Positions 50,110-62,519 of a stretch of DNA of 64,000 nt are shown in pieces. The first letter of the stretch is position 1. Every line of letters starts with the position of its first letter. The translations under genes were made by a program, and so were the position numbers. The stretch spans positions 248,001 through 312,000 of the forward strand of contig OZ241834.1 in NCBI GenBank assembly GCA_965202585.1. Direction: 5' to 3'. The DNA is from Thalia democratica (lineage: Eukaryota). Below the pieces are notes generated by a model that made no database searches, had not been told where the DNA came from, and saw only the letters and a list, made by a program, of their open reading frames with translations.

Positions 50110-53100
50110 TAAACAAGCGATAAACGTTTAATCAGTTTAAAAAAGATACAAAGTATTACTTAATCAGTTTCATTCAAAATACTTATATTTCTTGAGATAA
50201 ATTAACGTTTGAACTCATATCTCCTTAATGCAATTTTTTGGTCGATCAAAAGATACAATTGTTAAACTGAAACTCTTAGAAACATTTTTAAATTCTTCCT
50301 AACTCTTTGCGACCAAACACAGGTTAGCGGCTAAAGTAACTACTTCTTAGAAATTAAAACTTACAATCTGTTTTAATGTAGTTTTAATGAAAAAATTTAA
50401 AGTTGAAGATACTTACAATTTTTTGAGTTGGCTTTACATTTGTACTCATATCTCCTGAATGCGACTTTTCACGGTCGATCCAAAAATATCATTAGAAAGG
50501 TAAAACTCTTAGAAACATTTTAAGATAGTTCTTAGTTCTTTTTCACTATACAGGGTTAAACGGCAAGAGTAAACATTTCTTACAAATTAAAACTTACAAA
50601 TTGTTTTAACGAAGTTTTAAGATCATACTTAATAGTACAAAGTACTTACAATTTTCTTAAGATAACTTTAACTGTGTACTCATATATCCTAAATGCAACT
50701 TTTCTCGGTCGATTCAAAGATACCTTTAGAAAGCTAAAACTCTTTAGAGCATTTTAAGATATTTTCAGCTCTATGCGATCAAACACGGGTAAACGGAAGG
50801 AGTAAAAATTTCTCACCAATTAAAACTTACAAACTCTTTTAATGAAGTAAGAATTAAAACTTACAAATTTCATGAGATGACCTTAAATTTGTACTTAATA
50901 TCTCCTGAATGCAACTCATCTTTATCGATCGAAAGATACCATGAGAAAGCTGAAACTCTCAGAATAATTTTAAGATATTACATCGCTTTTTTAAATTAAA
51001 CATGGGTAAACCGCAAGAGTAGCTATTTCTTACAAACTATTATAACAAAGTTTTAAAAATCATACTTAAATTTCAAATTCCTTAAGATGGCATTACGTTT
51101 GTACTCATATTTCCGAAATGCAAATTTTCTCGATAAATTAAAAGATACCATTGAAAGCTGATTTTCTTAAAATAATTTTTAAGGTAGTACAAAGTTCTCT
51201 GCGACCAAATAGGGTTAAACGGCAGGAGTAAAAATTTCTTACAAATTAAAACTTACAAATTGTTTTAACGATGTTTTAAGATCATATTTAAAAGTACAAA
51301 GTACTTACAATTTTCTTAATATGACTTTAACTGTGTACTCAAGTATCTTGAATGCAATTTTTCTCGGTCGATCCGAAAGTACCATGAGAAAGGTGAAACT
51401 CTAAGGAACATTTTAAGAAGTTTATTAGCTATGTGCGACCAAACACGGGTAAAGGGCGAGAGTAAAAATTTATTACAATTTGTAAGTTAGAAAATCTTTT
51501 AATGAAGTTTATAAAATCAAACTTTATAGTTTTAAGTACTTACAACTTTCTTGAGATGACTCTACCTTTTTACTCATATATTCTGAATGCGACTTTTCTT
51601 GGTCGATCGAAAGATACCATGAGAAAGCTGAAACTCTCAGAATAGTTTTAAAAGATTATATCGTTTTTCTAGATAAAAAACAGGTAAACCGCGGTAGTAA
51701 TAAATCTTACAAATTAAACCTTACAAACTGTTTTAATAAAGTTTTTAGAATCATACTTAAAGTTCAAAGTAATTACGAAATCCTTAAGATAACATTACGT
51801 TTGTTCTTATATTTCCGAAATGCAAATTTTCTCGATAAATCATAAGATACCAATAAGGTTGAAAATCTTAGAAAAATTTCAAGAAGTTTCATAGCTTTGT
51901 GCGACAAAACACCAGTAAACAGCGGGAGCAAACATTTCTTACCAATTGAAAGTTACAGACTGTTTTAATTAGGTTTTGAAAATCAAATTTAACAGTTCAA
52001 AGTACTTACGGTTTTATTGAGGTAACTCTCGTTTGTACTCATATCTCCTAAATTCGACTTTCTGGGTCGATCCAAAAATATCATTAGAAAGATAAAACTC
52101 TTAGGAACATTTTAAGATATTTTCAGCTCTATGCGATCGAACACGGTTAAACGGCGGGAGTATAAAGTTTTTACCAACTGAAAGTTACAGACTGGGGTAT
52201 AAATTTCTTACAAATTAAAACTTACAAACTGTTTTAACGAAGTTTTAAGATCATATTTAAAAGTACAAAGTACTTACAATTTTTTTAAGATGACTTTAAC
52301 TGTTTACTCAAGTATCGTGAGTGCAGTTTTTCTCGGTCGATCCAAAGATACTGTGAGAAAGCTGAAACACGTATGACCATTTAAGATATTTTCAGCTCTA
52401 TGCAACCAAACACGGGTAAACGGCGAGAGTAAAAATGTCTTACCTATAGAAAGTTACAAATTGGTTTAATGAAGTTTTGAAAAGCAAACTTAACAGTTCA
52501 AAGTACTTACGATATACTAGAGATGACTTTATGCTTGTACTCAGATCTCCTAAATGCAACTTTTCTCGGCCGATCCAAAGATACCATTAAAAAGCTAAAA
52601 CTCTTAGAAACATTTTAAGATATTTTCAGCTTTATGCGATCAACCACGGGTAAACGGCGGGAGTAAAAATTTCTTACCAATCGAAAGTTACAAATTGTTT
52701 TAATGAAGTTTTAAAAAACAAACTCTTTAGTTAAAAATATTTACAATTTTCTTCAGATGACTTCACGTTTATACTCATATCTTCTAAATATAATTTTTCT
52801 TGGTCGATCCAAAGATACCATGAGAAAGCTGAAACTCTCAGAATAGTTTTAAAAGATTACATTGATTTTTAAGACTAAACACGGGTAAACCGCGGGAGTA
52901 ACTACTTCTTACAATCTAAAGCTTACAAAATGTTTTAATAAAGTTTTAAAAATAGTACTTTAAGTTCAAAGTACTTACGATTTTATTGAGGTAACTCTCG
53001 TTTGTACTCATATCTCCTAAATTTGACTTTTCTAGGTCGATCCATGAATATCATTAGAAAGATAAATCTCTCAGAAACATTTTAAGATATTTCTTATCTC

Positions 53101-56100
53101 TGTACAACCAAACACGGGTAAACCGCAGGAGTAACTACTTCTTAAAAATTAAACCTTACAAACTGTTTTAATAAAGTTTTGAAAATCAAAATTACCAGTT
53201 CATAGTACTAACAATTTTCTTAAGTTAACTCTCGTTTGTACTCATATATCTTGAACGCAACTTTTCTCGGTCGATCTAAAGATAGCATAACAAGGCTGAA
53301 ACTCTTACAAAAGTTTTAAGAAGTTTTATAGCTCTGTGTGACTAAACACGGATAAACGGCGGGAGCAAAAAAAAAATTTTCATTAGTTTGAAGCTTACAA
53401 ACTGTAAAAACTAAGTTTTGAAAATCATATTAACAGTTCAAAGTACTTACAACTTTCTTGAATTAACTTTTTTTATACTCATTTCATCTTAATTCGACTT
53501 TTCTCGGTCAATACAAAGATACCGTGAGATAGCTGAAACTCTCAGGAACATTTTAAGAAGTTTCTTAGCTCTGTGTGACCAAACACGGGTACACGGCTGG
53601 AAATTTTTTTTTACCAATTGAAAGTTATTAATTGTTTAATGAAGTTTTGAAAATCAAACTTTACAGTTCAAAGTACTTACGATTTTCTTGAGATGACTTT
53701 ATGTTTGTACTGATATTACGTAAACGCGACTTTTTTCAGTTGATCAAAAGATATCATTAGAAAGCTGAAACTCTTAAGAACTAAATTATTTCTAAGCTCT
53801 GTGCAAACAAACACGGGTAAACGGCTCGAGTAAAATTTTCTTATCAAATAACAATTGGTTTTAATGAAGTTTGGAAAAACAAATTTAACAGTTCAAAGTA
53901 CTCACAACTTTCTTAAGATGACTTTACGTTTGTAATCATTTCTCCTAAATGCGATTTTTCTTGGTCGATTTAAAGATACCATTAAAAAGCTGAAAATCTT
54001 ATAAAATTTTTAACATATTTTATAGCTCTGTGCAACAAAACACAAGTAAACACCGGAGTGAAAATTTTTCTTAAGTTAAAACTTACGAACTGGCTTAGTG
54101 ATATTTTTAAAATAAAATTAACAGATTAAAGTACTTACAACTTTCTTAAGATGACTTTACGTTTGTATTGATATCACGTAAATGCGACTTTTTTCAGTTG
54201 ATCAAAAGATATCATTAGAAAGCTGAAACTCTTTAAAAATTTAAGCTATTTCTTAGCTCAGTGCAACCAAACACGAGTAATCGGCTGGTAAATATTTCAA
54301 AAATTTGAAACTGTTTTAGTGAAATTTTGAAATCCGAACTTAAAAGTTCAAGGTATTCACAACTTTCTTAAGATGACTTTACGTTTGTACTCAGATCTCC
54401 TTAATGCAATTTTTCTCGGTCGACCATAAAATACCATTTAAAAGCTTAAACTTATTTTAAATATTTCCTAGCTTTGTGCAACTAAACACGGGTAAACGGC
54501 AAGAGTAAATATTTTTTACCAGTTGAAACTCACAATCTATTTTATTGATATTTACAAATACAAACTTAACAGTTCAAAGTACGTACAACTTTATTGAAAT
54601 AACTTTATGTTTCTACTGATATCACGAAAATGCGACTTTTCTCAGTTGATCAAAAGATATCATTAATAGCTGAAACTCTAAGGAGAATTTAAAGAGATTT
54701 CTTAGCTTTGTGCGACCAAAACACGGGTAGACGGTGGGAGTATAAATTTCATTTCGATCGAAACTTACAAACTGTTTTAGTGAGGTTTTGACAACTAAAT
54801 TAACAGTTCAAAATGCATTCAATTTTTTTGACATTTCTTTACGTTTGTAATGATATCTCCCCCTGAAGACTATTCTCGGTCGATCCAAAGATACCATTAG
54901 TAAGATAAAACTTTTAGGAACATTTTATTAAATTTCTTAGCTCTGTGCAACCACACAAGGCGAACGACAGGTGAAATTTTTTTTTTTAATTGAAACTTAA
55001 AAATTGTTTTAATGAAGTATTGAAAATCAATTTAACAGTTCAAACTACTTTCATTTTTTTTTGAGATTACTTTCGTTTGTACTCATATCACCTGTAAGCG
55101 ACTATTATCGGTATAACTAAAAATACCACTAAAAAGATAAAACTCTTATGAACATTCTATCATATTTCATAGCTCTTTGCAAGTTAACACGGATAATCGC
55201 AAGTTGTGAAATTAAACAGAAGTGAAAATCAAAAAAATTAAACTTTTAAACTGTTTAAATGAAGTTTTGAAAACCGATATAAAAAGTTCAAAGTACCTAC
55301 CGTTTTTTAAATAAGTCTTTACATTTTTACACATATCCTGTAGAGACGTTTGTCGGTCGATCAAAAGATACGACTAATAAGCTGAAAGTCCATTAAATTT
55401 TTTTATCTTCGTGCGACAAAACACGGGCAAACGGCGGAGCAGAAATTTCATACCGATTAAAACTTAGAAACTGTTTTAATAAAGTTTTGACAATATGTAA
55501 TTAATATCTAGTAATGTACCGGACTCACTATCCGGGTCCGTATCCGGCCGGATATTGCCATCTTTGTCTGATATCCGGATCCGGCCGGATCTTGATATGA
55601 AAAAAAAGTCCGGATCCGGTTCCGGCCGGATCCTAACAGAGATTCGGCTGATTCGGATCTAGTTAGTAAAAAAAGAGCATACAGAAAAGTATTTTTTCAA
55701 AAACAAACCCTTTGTAAATTAAAAAGAGTCATTTTCGTCAGTTAAAATTAAACAACTACCGTGATTTGCTCATTTTGAACTCGTGACTAATTTACATTTA
55801 TTTTCATTTAAACTATGAAATAAACATTTTAGAAATGCAACTCTTTACTTATGTTATAAAATAAAAAACTTTACTACCAAATTGTTAAGCTAGTTTAAAG
55901 ATTTTTTAAAAAACTCAGGCTAGTTTTCTTTTGTGATTTTCTAGTTAATTTTATTTAAGAACTTGATTTTAATTGGTTTTAGATTGGTAAGGCTATAGGG
56001 GGTCCTCCTTGATTTTTACAAGTTGATCTTATTTAATAAATTTTAATCTTAGCTACCAGATATTGTTTCTGTGACGAACTTTATCTTTCTATCAATTTTC

Positions 56101-57347
56101 TTTTAGTAATTTAAAGTTGTTCTTAGTTATTTTAACTTTTATAGAAATTAAATTTTGTAACTACAAATGTAAGATCTACTTTTTATGTGAAAACTAGTGA
56201 TGTAACGGACTCACTATCGGAGTCCGGATCCGGCCGGATATTGCCATTTTTGTCTAATATCCGGATCCGGCCGGATTTTGATATGTAAAAAAAGTCCGGA
56301 TCCGGGTCCGGCCGGACTCGAAATTGTGAGTCCGGAACAACACTATTAATATCTAAAATTCAATTATCTTGAAATTACTTTTGTTTGCTCATATCACGTG
56401 AGCTTAACTATTCTCAGTTGATCCAAAGATATCAATTGAAAGCTGAATAAGAAACATTTAAGGTTATTTCTAAGGTATGTGCAACCAAACACGGGTAATC
56501 GGCGGGAGTAAAAATTTTGTACTAATTGAAGATTATAAACTATTATTATGAAGTTTATAAAATCGAATTAACAGTTCAAAGTACTAACAATATCCTTGAG
56601 ATACATTTACGTTTTTACTCATATCTCCTGAAGGCGAGTTTCTCGGTCAATGAAATTATACTGTTAGAAAGCTGAAACCTTTAGAAACATTTGGAGATAT
56701 TTCTTAGCTATGAGCGACCAACCATGGGTAAACAGCGGGAGTAAAAATTTCGTACCAATTGAAACTTATAAACTATTTTAATGAAGTTTATAAAAACAAA
56801 TTAACAGTTCAAAGTACTTACAATTTTCTTGAGATGCATTTACATTTTTACTCATATCTCCTAAATGTGAATTTTTCGGTCAATGAAAATATACTGTTAG
56901 AAAGCTGAAACGTTTAGAAACATTTTGAGATATTTCTTAGCTATGAGCGACTAAATACGGGTAAACGGCGGGAGTAAAAATTTCGTACTAATTGAAACTT
57001 TTAATATATTTATCGAAGTTTATAAAATCAAATTAAGAGTTTAAAGTACTTACAAATTTCTTGAGATGCATTTACGTTTTTACTCAGATCTCATGAATGC
57101 GAATTTATCAGTCAATGAAATTATACTGTTAGAAAGCTGAAACCTTTAAAAACATTTTGAGATATTTCTTAGCTATGAGCGACTAAACACGGGTAAACGG
57201 CGGGAGTAAAAATTTTGTACCAATTGATTATTTTAAACTAATTTAATGAAGTTTATAAAATCTAATTAACATTTCAAATTGCTTACAATTTTCTTGAGAT
57301 GCATTTACGTTTTTCTAATATCTCCTGAATGCGAATTTCGAAGTCAA
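50110..57347. repeat. ~232-bp tandem satellite, left block (~28 monomers)
   Basis: The anchor AAACACGGGTAAACGGCGGGAGTAAAAA and GGTCGATC/AAAGCTGAAAC motifs recur every ~230-235 bp; monomers are more diverged toward the left edge; interrupted by a hAT element at 55509-56345. Confidence 0.95.
55509..56345. mobile_element. 837-bp hAT-type non-autonomous element inserted in the satellite
   Basis: TIRs TAGTAATGTACCGGACTCAC / GTGAGTCCGGAACAACACTA; perfect 8-bp TSD TTAATATC (55501-55508 and 56346-56353); dense TCCGGATCCGGCCGGA subterminal motifs. Confidence 0.9.
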
Positions 57348-57369
57348 CTCTATATATTATGTTATAGAG

Positions 57370-58421
57370 ATTCACCTGAGTGTATGCTTGTTCATCAATA
57401 GAAGCTTTTAATTGAATAGTTGGATGTTTCAGTGACACTGATGCTTTCCATCCATTCAAACAATCAAAGACGTAATGATCAAGTTTTACTACACTATCAT
57501 TAACATCAACTGCCTCATCAAAATTTTGTGTATATGATCTACCAACTTGAAGTGCATTCGTCTCATCTGCACATTTGTTGACACCATGATAATCTTTTTA
57601 CCTGGATTTAATCCAGCATTGCTTACAGGTAGAACACTCAATATACCTGTTATTTTTCCTGCTCCAAATAAATGTTGTAGATGTTTTACTACATATATTA
57701 CAAGTTATTTTACCACTTGGTTGTTTTGTAATTTTCCTAAAGGATTTGTACGAGGAAACTGAGGCCGTAACAGCAGGTTGTGTCATTGCATCACGTGCTT
57801 CATTAAAATTTGGTCTTTTGCTTCAATAAAACCAATTGTCTCAATGACATCTTTCTCGTCTAAACTACCCCATCCTAACACCTCTTTGCGTATATCCTCA
57901 TCAGCTAAACCGGTTACCATGACATCTTTAAGGATAATTTTTGTGAAATGTACTAGCTTTTCCCTTTAAACGGGCAGCGAATGATCTGTGTTTTCAATCA
58001 AATCCTGTCTTGTACTAAGAAAGTCTGATCGTCGTACAACAACTTAAACAGGAATAACTGCAAGCTGCTTGATCATCCTTAAAAGCTCTTGCTCACTTAA
58101 ATTTACTAAATCATTATGTCCCTTCAAAATAGCATCGCCTAGATCTTCCTCACAGCACTGGTACAGTTGACGATGCTTTTCTACTTCTGTCATTTCAATA
58201 CTGTCTTTAAAAATAGTCCACTTTTGCAAAAATATGTTCCAACCCTCTTCATTGCAGTCTCTCCCTATTCGAGAACGGTCTATTTTTGGAGGCTTTGGTT
58301 TTGAAGAATTTGCGTTAATGTGAACGTTGTTGTGAATGATAAGTAAAGAAGCAGCTACAGAAGCATCAACGTCTGGTGTTTCATATGTGCAACACTCAAG
58401 AGGGCATTTAATCACATGCAT
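57370..58421 (-). pseudogene. Inverted gag of gypsy family B
   Basis: MHVIKCPLECCTYETPDVDAS... homologous to 11456-12340; frameshifted; continues to WKASVSLKHPTIQLKASIDEQAY, which reads like the pre-protease segment. Confidence 0.88.
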
Positions 58422-58450
58422 TGTAGATTCAATTCAGCTAGATTTTATCA

Positions 58451-58554
58451 TAAATAAATATATCTTTCTTTGTTGAGTTTATTCACAAACTAATTAAAAG
58501 AATGATAAAATCTGTACAAGAAAACATAATGAAAGCTAGGTAAATACTTATACA
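58451..58554 (-). repeat. 5' LTR of family B copy 2 (inverted, 104 bp)
   Basis: Reverse complement differs from 62416-62519 at 4 of 104 positions. Confidence 0.92.
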
Positions 58555-61500
58555 GTTTTAATTATTGCAAAATTAACGTTGTTACAGATACGGGTGCACA
58601 GTCATGCTAATGGGACCTTAATAGATACCTTAAACATGGTTTTAAGAAGTCAAATCTTATACCAGTTTAAAGGAAAATGTTAGCGGCCAACAGAGAACAG
58701 ATCAAATTAACCGGTGCTATATTTATGGAATTAATGGCTAAAGATGTACAAGGTAAAGTTCATGTTGCAAAAGAAATGGTATATATCAGCTCATGTACTG
58801 ACAGGTTTTTTCTTTCAAGAAATGCCTGCATAACACTTGGCATAATAAATCATGATTTTCCTCGTATTGGTGCGACCATTGAATCCTGCACTGTCCATGA
58901 AGAACTGCAAACTTGTGATTGTATACCTAGAACTCCTCCCCCTAATAGGCCAAAGGAGTTGCCATTTGCTTGCATTCCTGCAAATAATCAAAAGATGAGA
59001 GAATGGCTTTTAGATTGGTACGCATCATCTACTTTTAATAAATGTACTCACCTATTGCTTCCAGAAATGACAGGTCCACCTTTGAAAATTCATATTGACC
59101 CAGATACCATTCCAAAAGCAATATCAACTGCTTCCCCAATTCCAAAACATTGGGAAAATGAAGTAAAAGATACTTTGGATAGGGATACTCGATTAGGTGT
59201 GCTTGGTAAGACTCCAGTTGGTGTTCCGTCTATTTGAATACATCGTATGGTTGTGGTTGCTAAAGCTGATGGTAGCTGTAGAAGAGTTGTTGACCTTCAC
59301 CTTTAAATAAGTATTGTGTACGAGAAACACATCATGTAAAGCCTCCATTCATTCAAGTATGTGAAATTCCTGCAAACACTTAGAAAAGTGTGACTGATGT
59401 ATAGAATGGTTTTCATTCAGTACCACTTCGTCCAGAAGATCATCATTTCTCAACATTTCTTACTCCATGGGGAAGGTACTACTACAAAGTAGCACCACAA
59501 GGTTATTTGGCAAGTGGAGATGCATATACGCGCAGGTATGATGAAATCATAATAGACATACCTAGAAAGACAAAATGCGTTGATGACACTGTTTTATGGG
59601 ATGAGGAGTTGGCTGATCACTGTTGGCGTATGATTGACTATTTAGATTTAATGGGAAAAAATGGAGTTGTACTCAATCCTGAAAAGTTTCAATTTGCACA
59701 AAAAGAAATAGATTTTGCTGGCTTTACTATTACGAAATCTGAAATTGAGCCACAAGAAAAGTTCATAAATGCTATAAAAGATTTTCCTATACCAAAGTCA
59801 ATAACAGATGTGCGATCATGGTTTGGTTTAGTGCACCAAGTTTCACACTACAACCAATTGACTTCTTTGATGATTGTGTTTAAGCCATTATTAAGTCCAA
59901 AAACTAAATTTTACTGGAATGATGAGCTAGATGATACATTCTACAAATCAAGAGAAGCTATAGTTGCAGCCATAACAAAGGGAATACAAATTTTTGATTT
60001 GGGATAGCCCACTTGTATACAGCCAGACTGGTCTACAACTGGTATTGGTTACTTTTTGTCGCAGAAACATTGCTCTTGTATGTCTGCTGTGCCAGGATGT
60101 TGTCAAACCGGATGGCGTATTGTTTTAGCAGGCTCTCGCTTTCTTAGACCTTCTGAATCACGTTATGCTGCGGTAGAGGGAGAAAGCCTTGCAATTGTAT
60201 GGGCACTTGAGCAATCACGGTATTTCACACAAGGATGTGATAATTTGTTGGTTCTGACTGATCACAAACCACTGGTTAAATTATTTGGAGACAGAACACT
60301 TGATGAAATTGCAAACCCCCGCCTTTTCCGGTTAAAGCAGAGAAGTCTTTTATGGCGATTCAAGATTCTACATAAACCTGGTAAACTACACCTTGCTCCA
60401 GATGCAATGTCACGTCATCCAGTGGAAACCGTACATAAAACAAAAGATGAAGTTGAGATAAGTGCTTCTGAAATTTTAGCTGGAATACGTTTGCAAGACA
60501 GTGAGTGTATCATTGCAAGTAATCAAGTAGGTGACAATTTTTAAGCTGTGACTTTTGACCGAGTTAAAAAAAAAAAATTTAAAGATAAACAAATGATGAA
60601 GCTTATTCATTATGTTTAAGCTGGTTTTCCAGAGACCAAAGACCACCTACCATTAGAATTGCATGAGTTTTGGATAGTTCGCTATTCTTTGTTTATGATG
60701 GATGGGGTCATTATATGTGGTGATCGTAAACGAGAACTTGATCAAAATAAGCTTCTATCACCTAGTAGTATACTTCAGGATGATGTGTATAGAATTGTTA
60801 TTCCTGCTTCATTAAGAAAATAGGTTTTAAGAGTGTTGCATTCTGCTCATCAAGGAGTCACTGCAATTAACGAGCGAGCAAAATCGATTGTTTATTGGCC
60901 GGGAATAACAAATGACATTCAAGGTTGTCGGGAAAATTGCAATAGTTGCAACTTAATTGCACCAAACAATCCTATCTCCAATTGAACCATTGATTCCAAA
61001 GGTTCCTTTTGAGTCAATTGTTTGTGATTATTTTCAGTTCAAAGGTTGGTATTATTTTGTAGCTGCCGACAGACTTTCAGAATGGAAAGAACAACAAAGA
61101 ATCAAATTGGGTACAAATGATTCTGGTTCAAAAGGGCTGTGTAAAGCTTTGCGTCGTATTTTTGTGACTTTTGGTGTTCCAGTTGAAATATCTTCTGATG
61201 GAGGTCCAGAGTTTTCTGCAAAAGTTACCAAAGATTTTCTGAAACGATGGGGTATACACCATCGAATGTCATCTGCATATCATCCAGTGTCAAACGGTAG
61301 GGCGGAATTAGCAGTAAAGGCTTCTAAGCGGTTGTTAATGGAGAATGTTGGTTCAAATGGTGAACTAAATAATGACAAAATGGTACAAGCTTTACTTACG
61401 CAGAGAAACACGCCTGATCAAGGATGCAAACTATCACCTGCACAGATCCTTCTGGGACGAAACTTAAAGGACTCCTTGCCTTACCTCAGGAAGAGTATTA

Positions 61501-61900
61501 TGGCTTACAATAACCCGCAGATCTTAAACATTTGGCGTAACGTATGGAGCAAAAAGGAAGCAGCTCTTAGGTCTCGTTATGTTAAGTCTCTCAGGAATTT
61601 AAGTGAGCACACAAGATTGTTGCCACCATAGAATTGCGGTGATCATGTCATGATACAGAATCAAACAGGTAACTAACAAGTGGGGGAAAAGTGGTGTAAT
61701 AGTAGAGCTAAAAGACTATCATCAGTATGTTGTCAAGATTGATGGATCAGGTCGCTTAACTGTACGAAATCGAAAGTTTTTAAGAAAATTTAATCCTCCT
61801 GTTTGCAAATCTCAAAATAGTATCCCTTATCTTAGAAAAGCAAACATACCAACGCAGAAGTTGGTTTTTTCTGGTAACTATGAGAGAAAAGATTCCAAGG
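58555..61900 (+). pseudogene. pol: pol of gypsy family B (PR-RT-RH-IN), multiple stops and frameshifts
   Basis: VVTDTGAQS; ASGDAYTRRYD and TKCVDD; LAGSRFL..ESRYAAVEGE, TDHKPL, DAMSR; CDYFQF, SSDGGPEF, SNGRAELAVK. Confidence 0.92.
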
Positions 61901-62415
61901 AAAGTTTTGATTGTGTGCGCTCCCATAAAGGAATACGTTTCAAAGCTGGACATAACTTTGACAAAATTTGCAAAGCAAAACCAGCTACCTTCCTTTCACC
62001 TGAGGACTCAAATTGCACTGATGAAAGACAATTCTGTATGATGTATGATGAAAAATGGTGTATTGTCTCGTTTAAACCCTAATGATATTTCTAGGGTGTT
62101 TAAAAGAAATTTTAATGACGATGGAGTGTTTCCAGAAAATGAACTTCGTCGTTCCGGTCGTGTAAGAACCCGGAGAAAGATTTATGATGCCGAAAGTGGT
62201 ACATACAAACCTGTTTAAACTGTTGTTAAAACTAATGTTTTTGTACAAATTGTAACTATGTTTATTGTAACATTTTAGTGATTTCCGTTCGTTTTGAGTG
62301 TTGTTTCGTTGATGTTAGCACATAAAACTGTATTTAAGTTTGCATTTTGTAAATAATTTGTTTTGTTAGCTAGACGTGTCGTTTCATCTCCTTGGTGATA
62401 AAATCTGGGGGGAGA

Positions 62416-62519
62416 TGTATAAGTATTTACCTAGCTTTCATTATGTTTTCTTGTACAGATTTTATCTTTCTTTTAATTAGTTTGTTAACAAACTCAACAA
62501 AGAAAGATACATTTATTTA
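62416..62519 (+). repeat. 3' LTR of family B copy 2 (104 bp)
   Basis: Begins TGTATAAG immediately after the polypurine tract; matches the inverted 5' LTR. Confidence 0.92.

Larger units (their letters stand above)
57348..62519. mobile_element. Ty3/gypsy family B copy 2, degenerate, with 5' LTR+gag inverted relative to pol+3' LTR
   Basis: gag (58421 leftward) and LTR (58451-58554) are on the minus strand; PR (DTGA near 58590), RT, RH and IN (58555-61900), PPT GGGGGGAGA (62407-62415) and LTR (62416-62519) are on the plus strand. Confidence 0.93.

Noticed and set aside
12360-62030. Other CTGATGA matches as hammerhead cores (near 12367, 40113, 62018)
   Set aside because: They lie in coding sequence without stem II and GAAA in the required arrangement.
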